A stretch of DNA of 64,000 bases from Octopus vulgaris (taxonomy: Eukaryota). A program made the translations under genes and the position numbers. The notes beneath the pieces are model-generated. The model saw only the letters and a program-made list of their open reading frames with translations. It was not told the DNA's origin and did no database searches. The stretch covers positions 105,648,001-105,712,000 of the forward strand of contig OX597821.1 in assembly GCA_951406725.2 (NCBI GenBank), written 5' to 3'. Numbering within the stretch: position 1 is the first letter of the stretch; each line of letters opens with the position of its first letter. Shown here piece by piece: positions 29,306 through 43,573 of the stretch.

Positions 29306-30477
29306 TAAAACTTTCAAGACAGAGCTGCAACATAGAAGCTGTCCAATGACTGAAGTAAGTAGAAAAATAAAGAATGAATAAGATGCTCGTTTACCTTCAT
29401 TAAGTTGTGATTTCATATTATATAGTGACACCAAGTGATATTATGAAATGCGATGCGGAAAAATTGTTCATTCGTTTCATGTGATCCCTATAATTTCCTC
29501 GGAGAAATGATGTAGAACAGTAACTGTGAATGAATTGATAAAATCAATAATTCGTTTGTAATATATAGAGTTCACGTAGCCTAAAGTACATTTTGAGAAC
29601 AAATTACATGGAAGATATATACGATTTCTGGAGCATAGATTATTTAATGAGCCATTAACTAAAAATTATTTTTTTCTTAATATATCCTTTCTTGCGGCGC
29701 GCTTCTTAATCGTTTAAAACTCGAAATTTTATACCGTGAAGAAATGCAATTATTGGCTTCTATGCAAAGAATAAATTTTATTTGTTGCTGAGAGGCTTTT
29801 AAGAAAAGTAATCAACTGTAAATATGAATTCGGCTCTAAAACAAGTAGCGGATTTTATAACGAATTCATCGTTGCAGATTCTGCGTATGAGATTCACTGA
29901 GTTTTACTTCAACATGATACGTTATACGGTTATCTACATATTACTAACAGTTAATATATGCTTTGCGTGAGGTTATGCGAAACGGGTATTTTTTTGTTAT
30001 AACAAAAGATTACCAGGAAGTAATCAGTTTTTTGAAAGTGAGCCAAGGAATTATACACGCTTTCAGTTATATGCTAATTGCTATTAATCTAAAGCGATTT
30101 ACTAATACGTATGGGAAACCCTGAGTGTCAAAAACTTACAACAGTAAACATACACAGTCGTTCATATTTTGGCATTTTACACATGAAAATATACACTAAA
30201 CTATAAAAAGTATGGATGGTGAATTGCAAATTACTTTCTATCCTGAAATAACGCCTAAGTTCCACAGAAGCCGACCCCACAAACATAAAGACGCACACAC
30301 ACGCATACACATACACACATATCCATATGCACACACGCACTTACATAGTTAAAGCTTTCAGGCATTTATATACATATATATCTTATATTTCATTAGATCA
30401 CTGGTTAATATGTATATAGCAATCAAGAAGAATGGCTGCCAAAACATATATGAAAATATTTTACCTGTCCCGATAGG

Positions 30478-30942
30478 GGAAGCAGTGGCTGTGTAGTAAG
30501 TAGCTTGCTTACCAACCACATGAATCGGAGTTCAGACCCATTGCATGGCATCTTGAGCAAGTGTGTTCTGTTATAGCATCGTGTCGACAAAAGCCTTGTG
30601 AGTGGATTTCGTAAAAGAAACGTGTTGCTCTGTGGTAAGTAGCTTGCTTACCAACCACATGAATCGGAGTTCAGACCCATTGCATGGCATCTTGAGCAAG
30701 TGTGTTCTGTTATAGCATCGTGTCGACAAAAGCCTTGTGAGTGGATTTCGTAAAAGAAACGTGTTGCTCTGTGGTAAGTAGTTTGCTTACCAACCACATG
30801 GTTCCGGGTTCGTTCCCACTGCGTGGCATCTTGGTCAAGTGTCTTCTACTATAGCCTCGAGTCGACAAAAGCTTTGAGTGTATTTGGCAGACGGAAACTG
30901 AAAGAAACCCGTCGTATATATGTATATATAAATATGCATGTG

Positions 30943-30998
<56 letters not shown>

Positions 30999-31228
30999 AC
31001 TGAATTTCTAAATCTCTCGTAGAGACATGTACGGTGGTGGGGCGATAGAATGGTTGTATACTGTCAATCTAACACGAACGTGACAGTAGGGGGTACACCA
31101 CCGCTGTAAATGTATATAAGGACATGTGTCAAAGCCATCAGGGGGCGTTCGATGCTTCCTAGGGCTATACAGCGGTGGTGTACCCCCTACTGTCACGTTC
31201 ATGTTAGATTGACAGTATACAACCATTC

Positions 31229-31259
<31 letters not shown>

Positions 31260-31475
31260 GCATGTGTCTGTGTTTGTCTCCCCAACATCGCTTGACAGTC
31301 AACATTGATGCGTTTACTTCCCCGTAACTTAGCTGTTCAGCAAAAGAAACCGATGACATATGTACTAGGCTTGCAAACAATACGTCCTGGGGTCGATTTG
31401 GTCTACTAAAGGCGGTGCTCCAGCATGGTCACAGTCAAATGACTGACACAAGTAAAAGAGTAAAAGAGTAAGAGT
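30478..31475 (+). mobile_element. SINE family B with 139-bp tandemly repeated head and a foldback insert in its internal microsatellite
   Basis: Head units start at 30496, 30635 and 30774; the 3' half resumes at ~31260 and ends ggcggtgctccagcatgg..gtaaaagagtaaaagag. Confidence 0.85.
31045..31231. mobile_element. Foldback/MITE with 64-bp inverted arms (1 mismatch) and 59-bp spacer
   Basis: 31045-31108 is the reverse complement of 31168-31231. Confidence 0.85.
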
Positions 31476-31504
31476 ATATATATATATATGTATATATAAA
31501 TATA

Positions 31505-31705
31505 TGTGTGTATGTTTCTGTGTATCTGTTTGTCCCCCCCCCCCCCAACATCGCCTGAGAACAGATGCTGGTGTGTTTACGTCCCATAACTTAGCAAAAT
31601 GGCCCGTAGAACCTTACAAAGAATATGTCCTGGGGTCGATTTGCCCGACTAAAGGCAATGCTCCAACAAGGCAGCTATCAGGACACTGAAATAAATAAAA
31701 TAAAG
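31505..31705 (+). mobile_element. SINE family B, 3' half, decayed
   Basis: gatgctggtgtgtttacgtcc..cttacaaagaata.gtcctggggtcgatttg..gactaaaggc. Confidence 0.75.
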
Positions 31706-32693
31706 AAAAAAATTGTATACTCTCCTTCTATATGTGTGCAGCCTAGCTTATCTTGTTACGGACTAAAACATGGAGATAGTTGGCCCTTTTTACTACTCCA
31801 TGCACTTACAACATTGCAATGATCCCACCTGGACGAACAGATTCTTATAAATATCAGCCATGATTAGAATTGTAATTATGTTGTATAAGGTGATGGAAAC
31901 AAAATTCACTGGAAAACACCCACATGCATACACATCTCACAAATAAAACACTCGCACAGATACACACACGTTATTATACACGTATATATACATCCATGTA
32001 TGTATGTAGATAGATAGATATATAGGTACATACATACGTGTATATAACTATATACGTGTATATAAATATATACATATAAATATATATACAAATATACATA
32101 TATTTACTTATAATCATATATATATATATATATACATGTGTGCGTGTGTGTGTGTGTGTGCATGTGTATTTGTAAGTGTGTGTATGGGTCACGCAGTATA
32201 ATTCTAGTGAAGAGGCTGTGCAATATAAATTTTATGCCTGACATAAATCACTAAATTTTATCGTTTCGTTGGTTATGTTATCGTCTGGCAGAACGACAGC
32301 TAAAAAATATGTATCTATCAAAATAATGTCCGAATGTCTTCAGTGTTAGAAAGAATCGGAAATTACATAAATATGTTAATTTTTACTTAACAATTCCATC
32401 TATTGTAACTGACATGTCTGCTGATAGAGCAAAATTGATCGCCTGCGGACTTTGGATAGAAAACAGAGATTTATTTTTATAGAAAAATATATTTTAAACA
32501 GTACCCATAATATATTATGCTGCGGAATATAAATAAGCAAACAAAATGATTGTTTGACAGAAATAAAGGAAAGGTAGACGGAGGGAAATATGAGGATCAG
32601 AGGGAATGCAACAGAAAAGTATATATATATATTATATCTACTGCCATTGTCGCCTCTTTCAATCCTTCAATCTAGCGACTTCTCTCTACCTTT

Positions 32694-32769
<76 letters not shown>

Positions 32770-32773
32770 TTAA

Positions 32774-32811
<38 letters not shown>

Positions 32812-32899
32812 TAAATAATTCTATCTTACAAGTGTTGTTTGTTTGTATGTGTGTATATATATATATATGTATTTATGAATAGTAATGTATTTATAAATA

Positions 32900-32957
<58 letters not shown>

Positions 32958-34465
32958 TATATAAATAAACAGATAGAGAGAAAGAGAGAAAGAGAGAGAG
33001 AGAAATCTAAAAGTTTTTTAATCTTTAAGAGCCTCTTTCACCTAGTTGAAACCGATGTAACCTGATATAGTATCTACACAGTTTTCTTTTCTACACATCT
33101 TTGTGTATATGGTACACCCTTTGGGGGCTGATTTTCAGTTGTAGACCTACAATACAACGTGAAATATATGGACGTCGACGAACTTTAAGCCAAGCCCAGA
33201 ATTCTGGAAGTAAACATGACAATAATAAGGATGTATCAATCTCAATACCCGAGTGGATTTATGAGGGGAGAGGTAAGTTAAAGGATGAGAATCCTTCAAA
33301 GAGTCCCTGATGATCGAAATAAGGGAATAATTAAATAAAATTATCTCTTCCTTCTTTGCACAGCTGCAGTCAGAGAATCACGGATACGTTCTGTGGATTG
33401 ACGTACTTATATGGAACAGTAAAATATTGTAGTATCAGTAAAAAATTGGCTTACGAATTATTTTAATATTTTCTCAGATAATACAGTGAAAAACACGTTT
33501 TTGAGTTTATGTCGCACCGTTTGATGTTAGAGGACACCTGAATTTGTGTTGGAGAAGCTTTATAGGTGTCGATGCAAATGGTTTACTTGTGCAGTAAAAT
33601 CATCTGTAAATGCCGTCTATCAGTCTCTTAGTGCTCTTTGATGAGAGATTTACTACAGTTATTGAAAACTGAGCTAAGTGTTAGTTAAATTATCTTTAGG
33701 TTTCGTTTCAAATTTAAAATCTGTAAGAAAATAATTTCATTGAATCTATTCTGAGATCGCATTCACTTATTAAATCTACTAGAAATATCAAACTTCATGC
33801 GGTTGTTAAACACGGAGTGTTTAAAATGTATGAAGTCTCATGATGTATACTATAAATTCTATTTTCCCTACGTATGCTATAGATTCTATTGTACATTGGT
33901 AGTGGTTAAACTATGAGTAACTATAATTTTTACTTGTGATGCTAGCAATAGAATATTTTGAACAGAAATTTTCCTAGTTTCTTTACAAAGAATGATTACG
34001 ATTCATCATCGTCGATTTGCAGAACTTTTCCTCCTCGGAGAGAGTTTAATACGTCAGCGTAAGCTCTCTGAAAATTTGGAAAGTTAGAACAGGGCCGACA
34101 CACAGACACAAGCACACATTCGAGCACAAATGTACACAAAGATACTCCAAAACACATATCAATCTATATGTGAGAGTCCTTAAGTGAGAATAGGAAGTGA
34201 AAGACTAAGAGGAGCGGAGGAGTGTGAAAGGAAATATAGGAATTTTCAAAGCATTGTCATCTCCATACAAGTGATGTCGAATTATGTTTGTATTACTTGA
34301 TGCACACACACACACACACATATACACACACATACACATGCACATGCATAACACCACATATATACATATATGTACACACAGATATATGTGTATACACACA
34401 CGCACGCAAACACACACACAAACACACACACATACACACACACACACATATATATATATGTATAT

Positions 34466-34612
34466 ACGGCGGTCTTTTTTCAGTCTGCGTCTACCAAATC
34501 CACACATAAAGATTTGGTTGACACGAGGCTATAATAGAAGACACTTGACCAAGGTGCCACGCAGTGGGACTGAACGCAGAACCAGGTGGTTGGTAAGCAA
34601 GTTACATACCAC
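34466..34612 (-). mobile_element. SINE family B, 5' half
   Basis: Reverse complement of the family B head and body (gtgccacgcagtgggactgaac, ctaccaaatccac). Confidence 0.8.
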
Positions 34613-34624
34613 ACATACACACGC

Positions 34625-34673
<49 letters not shown>

Positions 34674-36609
34674 TGTATGTATGGAATATGATTTGGATGC
34701 CTATGTTTGTGCCTGTGTATCTATATTCATATATATAAATTAAATTCCTTACAATATACTTAATGCTCTGAACTTCGATATATTGCTTTCTCTTCTGATA
34801 TGTATGAAAAAGTGAGAGTATGTTTTAAGAAACGAATCACGTAGATGTTATAAGGAGAAATCTTATATCTGCTGGATAGTTTAATAGAAATCCAAATGAA
34901 CAGTTGTTGTAGAACAACATGCTGTCAAACTGTCTCATTCGTTGTATTTAGTATTGATATGCATAACAATGCGACTGTCGCAAATGTAAGGTTACCTCCC
35001 AATCATTGAGCATTTATACCATCTTTATCTTTCTTTGGTCCCGATGTAATTTTGTCTTGTCTGATTCACTGTTAACTTAAGTGCAATAATTGCTATTGTC
35101 TTCCCTATGATTAAAAAGAAACGAAACAAATTATCATCGCACTTTTCTCCTTCTGAAAAGGGGAATACAAATCAGAAGCTAACCATATCTAAGAGAAGAT
35201 TTAGATATGAACAGTGTGAATAATATAGTAACAAGTAAGTGTAATGCATTTAAGAGGGAAGTAGATCGAAATGGAACTAAACTATTTCTGAAAACCCAAC
35301 ATTAAAAGAAGAAATAGATTTAATACTATTCATAAATACAAGAGTAATTACTACCGACAGAGAAGTAGAAACATAAAGCGACATGAAAAGATGATTAAAA
35401 ATCTAGTGCTTATCAACTAACCTATAAATGGGAAGGATGAAACGTTACTCAGTCTGAAAATTAGTTAGAAAAGTTAACATACGGGTACATACAAAGGAAA
35501 AGTGTGATATTCTGTTTGATGGGTAGGAAAAAAAGTGACTGGGTGCATTCGTAGTGGCTGTGCATTTCGCTGTTTGTTTAAATAGATGTGCTTTTAACAG
35601 TTTAGTTTCGTTTCTGTTTGCTTTTGATAAGTAGTATTTGTCTGCACTCCTTCTTTGGAAGAATCCTTGGGGATCATACGCCGAATGTTTCGTGCAAGAA
35701 CAGTGAAAAACTGGAGGGTATTTTAAAAATATATTAGGAAAAACTGAAATCATCTGTGCGGTATCTTTCTAAATGCAGAAATTGATTAAAAAAAAAAAAA
35801 CTGACCAAATATAATAATCAAGAAAGGGCAAGTAGATATTTTCCTGCTCATCGGCAACATAATTCCATCTGGACTAACACTGCGATGAAGGAAGTGAAGA
35901 AACTCCAAATAAAACAAGAAATGTAAAATGAATGCGATATGGGTTTGAAGGTGAAAACATTAACACTTTTGTTTTAATCACTAAGTATGTGAAAATAAAA
36001 AAATCATAAGCATACCAGATGCAACAAGGTTCATAAATTTCAAAAGCCATTTCAATAACGTAGATCCCATTAATATACTCTTCAGTACAATACACTCTAT
36101 AAACACAGCATGCAAGAACTATTGAGATTGCTAAGCACACCACGACACATCACTTGACAACAAAAGTGGATTACAGAAATAGCGTTGCAAAGACAGCAAA
36201 AAATAAAATTGCTGTAATGAGCTAACATGGATGTAACCCCAACCGAGTGCTGCTAAAAACACAGCAGGTGCATCTGAAACACGTTTGTATTGTTAAATAG
36301 CGTAAGAAAAACATGTCAACAGTTATAAACGGACAACAACAAAAATATCTATGATAACATGAACAATAACAAATCACTTGAACTAGAGATTTAAATAGTC
36401 TTAACGTATGAAATTATTTTCAAAATATCACGGAAACGTGGACCAAGCTTATTGAAAAAGCACGATAAGCTAACAAGATGATATCGTAAAACATTTAACA
36501 ACAATTATTTCGCGTTTAGGAAATAATTATTTCGTGTTTGCTGCGCTCATTGCAAATTGTTGAAATAACATGCATAATCAAAACGCAGAAAAGTCGCATT
36601 TATGAGTAA

Positions 36610-36987
36610 CTAGCAGTATCGCCCGGCGTTGCTCAGGTTTGTTTCGACTCGCTTTTGAAAAGTAAAAATTTTGCATCATGTAGCTTGTTATTCTCTTCAA
36701 GTGAACATGTTTCTAGTTGAAATACACCGAAAAGTGGCGACACAGCAGTAAAAAATTGTAAAAAATCGGGATTTTCATAGAAAAAAGCACCTTTGTGATG
36801 TAAATAATTTTTGGTATTAACATGGTCCGATGTGAATTTTATCTTCTACGGAAGAAAGAGCAACCCTTCTTCTATCATACTCTCAATTTTGGTCAACTTG
36901 TGCCGCAGGGTATCGGAGGAGATAGTGTTAGTTGAAGGTTACCAAACCTGGCGCACACAGACAACTTCAGCTTTATATATAGAGAGA
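36610..36987 (-). mobile_element. Non-autonomous Helitron
   Basis: Minus strand starts A|TCtctctatatataaag and ends with hairpin cctgagcaacgccggg, then cgatactgCTAG|T. These are canonical Helitron termini at an AT site. Confidence 0.85.
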
Positions 36988-37228
36988 TAATACACACACA
37001 TTAATACACATACATACACACACACACATGTATGTATGTATGTATGTATGTATGGATGTATGTATGTATATATGTACATCTGTCCACTTCTTGCCATATT
37101 TTTATCCTTCACTTCCTACACACACACACACACTCACACATACACACACACACACGCACACACGCACACACCTTCTTAGCTTACAATTTCTTTCAACAAT
37201 TGAGAACTGAAGCACGCTCGCAAATTAA

Positions 37229-37756
37229 TACTACCAAAACTTAGCGACAGAAGGTAAATTAAAAACCAATTTTAATTCATAAAATATAGAATGGAATGTA
37301 CTTCGAAAAATCATAGGTAAATTCCAATTGAAGAAATTGTGTGAGGTGTAAATCGTTATGAATTTATTTGTTTCTGTTTCCCGTGTATTTTTTTTTAGTA
37401 GTGCTTGAAAGTACACTTGCAAAGAGAAAGTAGGAGAAAGTGTGGTAATAGAAGGAGTGAAGCAGTTGAAATTAGAGAGGCAAATCGTTACACTTGCAAA
37501 GAGATAGTAGGAGAAAGTGTGGTAATAGGAGTGAAGCAGTTGAAATTAGAGAGGCAAATCGTAAAATATCTAGTTTTCTCGAATTTTTGCTTAATTGGGG
37601 GTCAAATTGAAAAAAAAACTTTATATGCCATGACCCAATCGAATCTACTTAGAAAAATCTTAGGTAAATTCCAATTGAAGAAATTCTATATTGAACAATT
37701 GTATTAAAAACAAACTATGTGGGAGGCAGAGAAAATCTGCCTTTTATCATAAGAGA
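37229..37756 (-). mobile_element. Probable second non-autonomous Helitron with internal ~75-bp tandem repeat
   Basis: 5' end A|TCtcttatgataaaaggcagattttctctgcctccc. Tandem units 37412-37488 and 37489-37562; internal repeat taggtaaattccaattgaagaaatt at ~37313 and ~37661. 3' end degenerate. Confidence 0.55.
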
Positions 37757-39749
37757 TAAATGAATCTCATTATGCAGTACGAATCGAACGTCAAGCCATT
37801 AGTTCCATTTGAATAGAGAAGTACTCAATCTTTGTAATACCACTAACTTACTCGGTTTCTACCTCAAAAGATGATCTCTGGCTCTTATTGTCAGATTCTC
37901 TACTGCTGTCTTCCGTGTCAACGTGTTTTTTTTATTCTTTCATCAACCTTACGCAAGGTATAAGCAATAACCCTCAGAGATTATGCGCGAGAACATTATG
38001 TATAATTGCTTTACAGCAATAAACCTCGCCAAACATAATGAGACTTCACATATCGACAACAACAATATAAATGTTTTCACAGTCAAATCAGAAATATTAA
38101 TTGTGCATTATAACATATCCCGATAAGTAAAAACCTACTGTAAAATATTAATGCTACACCTAACATAAGTCTATAACTCATAAATCTCTGGATACCACTG
38201 GTAGTAAGAAAAATGTCAGCCACTAAATATATTCTTTTGGACTAGAATTCCCCAAAATCATAAACTCCGACCTGCAAATTATTTACTGAACACGATAACA
38301 TTAATCTATAAGCGGAACAGGAGCAATTTACAGTCGAGACCCAACGGGAAAGCGTAGCTACAGCTGACACATAATTTCACAGAAAGAGAAAGATTCATAA
38401 AAGCTAGACAACATGAAATATTTACCGAAACGCAATTGATTGTGTAACAAACACTTAGATTGGATATATAAGAATATATGTGTATGCATGTGTGTTTGTG
38501 TGTGTGTGTGTGTGTGTATGCTTGTGTGTTTGTTTGTCTGGTTGTGTCTATGGATGTGCGTAAGGACTCTCTCATCGCTTCAATGAATGAAGGTTCTGGA
38601 AGACTGTAGTGCACAATGTCCTCAGTCTGCCGGTTTACACTGCCGTCTCGCGTAGGATTTCACAAATATCTGGGATTTGTAGATAGGAATAGGCACAAGG
38701 CTGGGAGTTTTTCCTTTTCAGGATGTTGAGAAATAAGCTACTCACTGTCAGAGATGGCTTCCTATATATATATATATATTACTCTACACACGCACACACA
38801 GACAATGCGCGCACGCACACACACATATGAAGGAAAAGGCTAGGATTCACCTTTGTCACTTCAGTACATAGAGACATGGGCAAAGTACTGGCTATTGTAA
38901 ACAGTACGTTTTGAATTACAAACAGTAGTTAGGGGTATGATCTGTTAAAAATGTATCAACGATGCAGAGTAAATCATATGAAACAATACTGTCTGGATTG
39001 AAATATTGGTTTCAATGAGTAACTTCGCTTTTCTGTTATAATTTAAATAAATAGCTCAAGAAATAATTAGAAAATAAAAATCAATAGGGTTCATCAAACT
39101 ATAATCAATCTATCAACTTACATCAACATTTAGGGATACGTCACCTCGAAAAGAAACACAAAATTATTTGAGAAAGATTAATTTACCAGATATTAATCAT
39201 TTTATCAATTTTTTCTTAGTCGTTTTGTTGGAAAATTGAGGATATTTGATCTGTAAATAATTTCATCAATCATTCTATGATAAAGAAACATATTAATCAC
39301 TTTATTTTATCAAAAGAGAAGTCTTTCTTTAATGAGAATATAACAATATCTCGTCTAAATTGTTAAATGATATTAGTGCAAATGATTAATTAGGTATCTG
39401 CATATACTTTAATTAATAAAATTTCTCAATATGTGCATTAGAAATTCCTGGAGAATGATATATTCGCAAGTTCGCGTATATTGTTTTTTTTAAATTATAT
39501 ATTTGTCACTGCTCCATATAAGACGGAGCAGTTGATGATCTTAGTAGTGACGGTGCTGTTGCAGCTTTGTCCATACCATTCTTAGTAGTAGAAAACTCAA
39601 TGACTGAGAGGATTTCTACAGTGGTAAACGCGGTAATGTTCTTACCGATAAGGTTTGTCTCTAAGACGTTTAATTGCATCATTTTTTTTATGATACTGGA
39701 GGACAGTTTAGAAGACCATTAAATAAAGTTGTTCCTTGAAGGTCGAGCA

Positions 39750-39906
39750 AGGTGTGGCTGTGGTATAAGCAGCTTGCTTCACAACGAGTTGGCTCCGGGG
39801 TCAGTCCTACTACGTGGCACATTGGTGAAGTGCCTTCTGCTATAGCCTCGGACAACCAAATTCTTTTGAGTGGATTTGGTAGGCGGAAACTGAAAGAATC
39901 CCATCG

Positions 39907-39971
<65 letters not shown>

Positions 39972-40300
39972 ATGTATATATATATAAATATATATATATA
40001 TATGTATATAAATGTGAGTGGATTTGGTAGACGGAAACTGAAAGAAGCCTGTCGTATATATGTATATATATATGTATGTGTGTGTGTTTGTGTGTCTGTG
40101 TTTGTCCCCCTAGCATTGGTTGACAACCGATGCTGGGGTGTTTACGTCCCAGTCACTTAGCGGTTCGGCAAAAGAGACCGATAGAATAAGTACTGGGCTT
40201 ACAAAGAATAAGTCCCGCAGTCGATTTGCTCGACTAAAGGCGGTGCTCCAGCATGACCGCAGTCAAATGACTGAAACAAGTAAAAGAGTAAAAGAGTAAA
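39750..40300 (+). mobile_element. SINE family B, composite with duplicated middle segment
   Basis: gagtggatttggtag.cggaaactgaaagaa occurs at ~39868 and ~40016 either side of a TA run; complete tail. Confidence 0.85.
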
Positions 40301-40320
40301 GGCGAGAGTATATATATGTA

Positions 40321-40448
<128 letters not shown>

Positions 40449-40516
40449 ATATTTCGGAATGGTCATTTTGCCAGTTTAGCCAATAAAAACACACGCACTA
40501 TATATTTAAACGTATG

Positions 40517-43140
40517 CTTTTTGATTTTTCTAGTTTCAGCTCATGAGCTGTGGCCATGCTGGGGCACCGCCATTTGGTTTGCTACATGATTTTACCTCAT
40601 GAATGCTTTTTAGCAACTGCCATTTGGTGCATGAGAGAGTTCGATGCAGCTGCCCTCATCTGCACCTCCTGCCATGAAGTTGGTTCATCCGGGACACCTG
40701 ACAGGAAGAGATCCAGTCCTACTTTAAAGACATCCGCATCTACACCATGCAGGTCCCTCAGGTTCATCGGGACGATATTGAAGAGCTGTGGGGCTCTGAA
40801 GCCCAGGTTATCACAGTATCTTGTCCTACATCGTGATGGCAAATTTGGAGTCCTTGGTACCACGCAGTGGCGCCCGGTTCTGGCATTTGTGTGACTCTCG
40901 ATGCCAAAGTTTGGGACAAGTCCTTCCAGGATCGTCCAGATATATATTATGGCATATCTTTCTCGCCTACGCTCCAAGGAATATAGTTTTAATCTCTTGA
41001 GTCTTTCCCAGTAGCTTATATGCTGCACAGAGGCTATCTTCTTCGTGTAGCTTCGTTGGATCGCCTCAAGTTCTGTGATCAACTTGACACTGGATGGTGA
41101 CCATAGCTGAGAGCAATAGTCAAAGTGGCTTAGGACAAGTGTCTTCCAGAGGACCATCATGGTTTCTTGTTCTCTTGTTCTAAAGGTTCTAAGAATCCAT
41201 CCGGCCAGCCGTCTACATTTCATTGCCAGTTTAGCAACATGTACATGAAAGGTTGCGTCATCACTCATGTGAATACCCAGGTCACGCACTGATTGTGCCT
41301 CTGGGATTGCAATCCCTCCGGGTCCAGTGTATTCATTGGGATTGCATTCAGTTTTGCATGCTGATAGCATAAAGCTTGAAACTTTTCAGCATTGAACTGC
41401 ATGCTATTCTTTTCACCTCACTTGTATATTTTGTCCAGCTCACATTGCACGTGCTTAGTATCTTCAGGGTTCTGTATTGCCTGTGAAAGTTTTGTATCAT
41501 CTGCATAACTTGTGATCGTGGCTCTCTGCGTGGCTGAGGGCATTGCTGAGAGGGCCATTATGAACAGTAGTGGTCCCAAAACAGTGCCCCGCGGAACACC
41601 GCTCACTATTTGCGTGTTAATGGAAGTGGCCCAATTGGCTACTACCACCTGACTTCTATCCTTCAGAAGCCTTTCTCCCAATTTTCCAACTATGCCAAGA
41701 TCACGCAGTTTGTGACATATCATTCCATGATCGACTTTATCAAAGGCCTTTGCAAAGTCGAGATATATCACTTCCACATTTGAGTGGTTGAGCAGTCGTT
41801 TTAGCACCCAGTCATAGTGTTGTAGGAGCTGAGTTAAGCAGCTTCTTCCTGATCGGAAACCATGTTGGGTGTCAGGCAGCAAGTCATTTTCTTCAAGGAA
41901 GGTGATTAGTTTCCTTCTGACTATTCGTTCCATGACCTTGCTGATGTGTGAGGTCAGAGAGATAGGTCTGTAGTTCTTGGCATCCGCTCTGCTACCTCCT
42001 TTATGAATAGGGCATATTTTACCTTCCTTCAGTTTTCTTGGAAGTTTGCCAGTTGCAAGGAAGCTCTGAAAGAGAGATTGCAGTGGTCTTGCTAGGACTC
42101 TCTTACATACTTTTAGAAGGATTGCCGGGAATCCATCGGGGCCAGTAGCTGAGTTTGTTTTCATCTCATCTATAGCCTTTATTACATCGTCTTCCTTTAT
42201 ATTGATGTAATCAATCATCGCCGCCTCTGTGACCCCATATCTGCAGTGATGAAGAAGTCAGTTGGATTGCTGATTTGGAAATGCCCAAGGGGTGGGGTGA
42301 AACACTCTTGAATTGCTCATTTAGTATTTAACTTACCCTCATTGGATTTCCTGTGAGTGTGCCATCCCTTTCAAGGAGTGGCCCTATCCTACAGTGCACC
42401 GTAGCTGTTTGTTTGGCATACCTGTAGAAAGCTCTGGGGTTAGATTTTATGTTGTCTATAGCCCAGGCTTCTTTGTCTGCTCTTTCCTTTTCATGGGAGT
42501 GTTGCAGACATTTTTCAATTTCCAACAGTTTCATTTCAGGCGGGACTTTTCACTGCTTTCAATTTGTTTGTTTAGGCGATTTGAGATATTTGTACGCCGT
42601 CTCATTAGAATTTTCCTCTCTCTGGGGATGTTGTTCTTGTGTTCAGTGGCCTTTCTCTCTTGGACACATTTGTAGCATATGGCTTACATTACAGACATGA
42701 ATTGTTGAAGTTTCATGTCGATGTCTGGCGAGGAGAGACATTCAGGCCAGTTTTGTTGAGGATCTCTTTCTCAATTTGCTTCCAGTTTGCCTTATTGAAG
42801 TTCAAGCTGGAAAGACTCTGAGAGTTTCTTGGAGGCTGCATGTCCATGCTTTCCTTTGGCCCGTACATGGTCAGCTCTACCATGTTGTGATCCGAGAGTA
42901 GTGTCGGTATCACTTTCACATTATGGATGAGATCCATATTATTTGTGAATCAGAGATCCAGTGTGTTACCTGCCCTGGTTGGTTGGAGTATTACTTGCTC
43001 CATGTACATGGTGTTGATGAGGTTCAGTAGGGACCTCGCCTGTCCTCGTTCACATCGTGTCATTCCTGGGAGACAAAGGCCCTCGGGCCATCTGACATTG
43101 GGTAGATTGAAGTCTCCCATGAGAAGTACACTTATTGGTT
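40517..43140 (-). mobile_element. 5'-truncated Proto2-like LINE (partial APE plus RT), frameshifted
   Basis: GDFNLP, QPTRAGNTLDL, SDHN, YLDFAKAFDKVDH, YADD, YSLERRRERY, VPDEP..AASNSL. 3' end ggcggtgccccagcatggccacagctcatgagctgaaac. Confidence 0.9.
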
Positions 43141-43151
43141 GTATATATATA

Positions 43152-43519
43152 TTCTTTTCTGCCTTTACTCTATTAATTGTTCCAGTCATTTCATTGCGAC
43201 CATACTGGAGCACCGCCTTTTATTCGAGCAAATGGATCTCAGGATTTATTCTTTCTAAGATCCGGTACTCATACTATCGGTGGCTTTTACCGAAACGCTA
43301 ACTTACGAGTAGGTAAACACACCAACGTCTGTTCTCAAGTTATAGGGTGTGGACACATACAGACACGCACACACAAATACATTCTGTTTTTATCTACCAA
43401 ATCCAATCAGAAGGCTTTGTTTGAGCCCCCGAAGCTATAATAGAATCCACTCGCCCAATTGACCACGCAGTGGGACTGAACCGGGACCTATGTTGTTGGG
43501 AAGCAAGCTCACTTCTGCA

Positions 43520-43520
<1 letters not shown>
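43152..43520 (-). mobile_element. SINE family B, older diverged copy
   Basis: Reverse complement carries ggttcagtcccactgcgtgg and tail ggcggtgctccagtatgg..gactggaac. Confidence 0.8.

Positions 43521-43570
<50 letters not shown>

Positions 43571-43573
<3 letters not shown>

Noticed and set aside
30496-30916. Regularly spaced repeats as a CRISPR-like array
   Set aside because: They are tandem SINE heads without unique spacers, in a eukaryotic context with no cas genes.
33305-33325. ccCTGATGAtcGAAAtaaggg, hammerhead core words
   Set aside because: No room for stem II or stem III; likely chance.
35060-36250. A-rich stretch that may be an ancient retroelement
   Set aside because: No diagnostic motif recoverable by eye.
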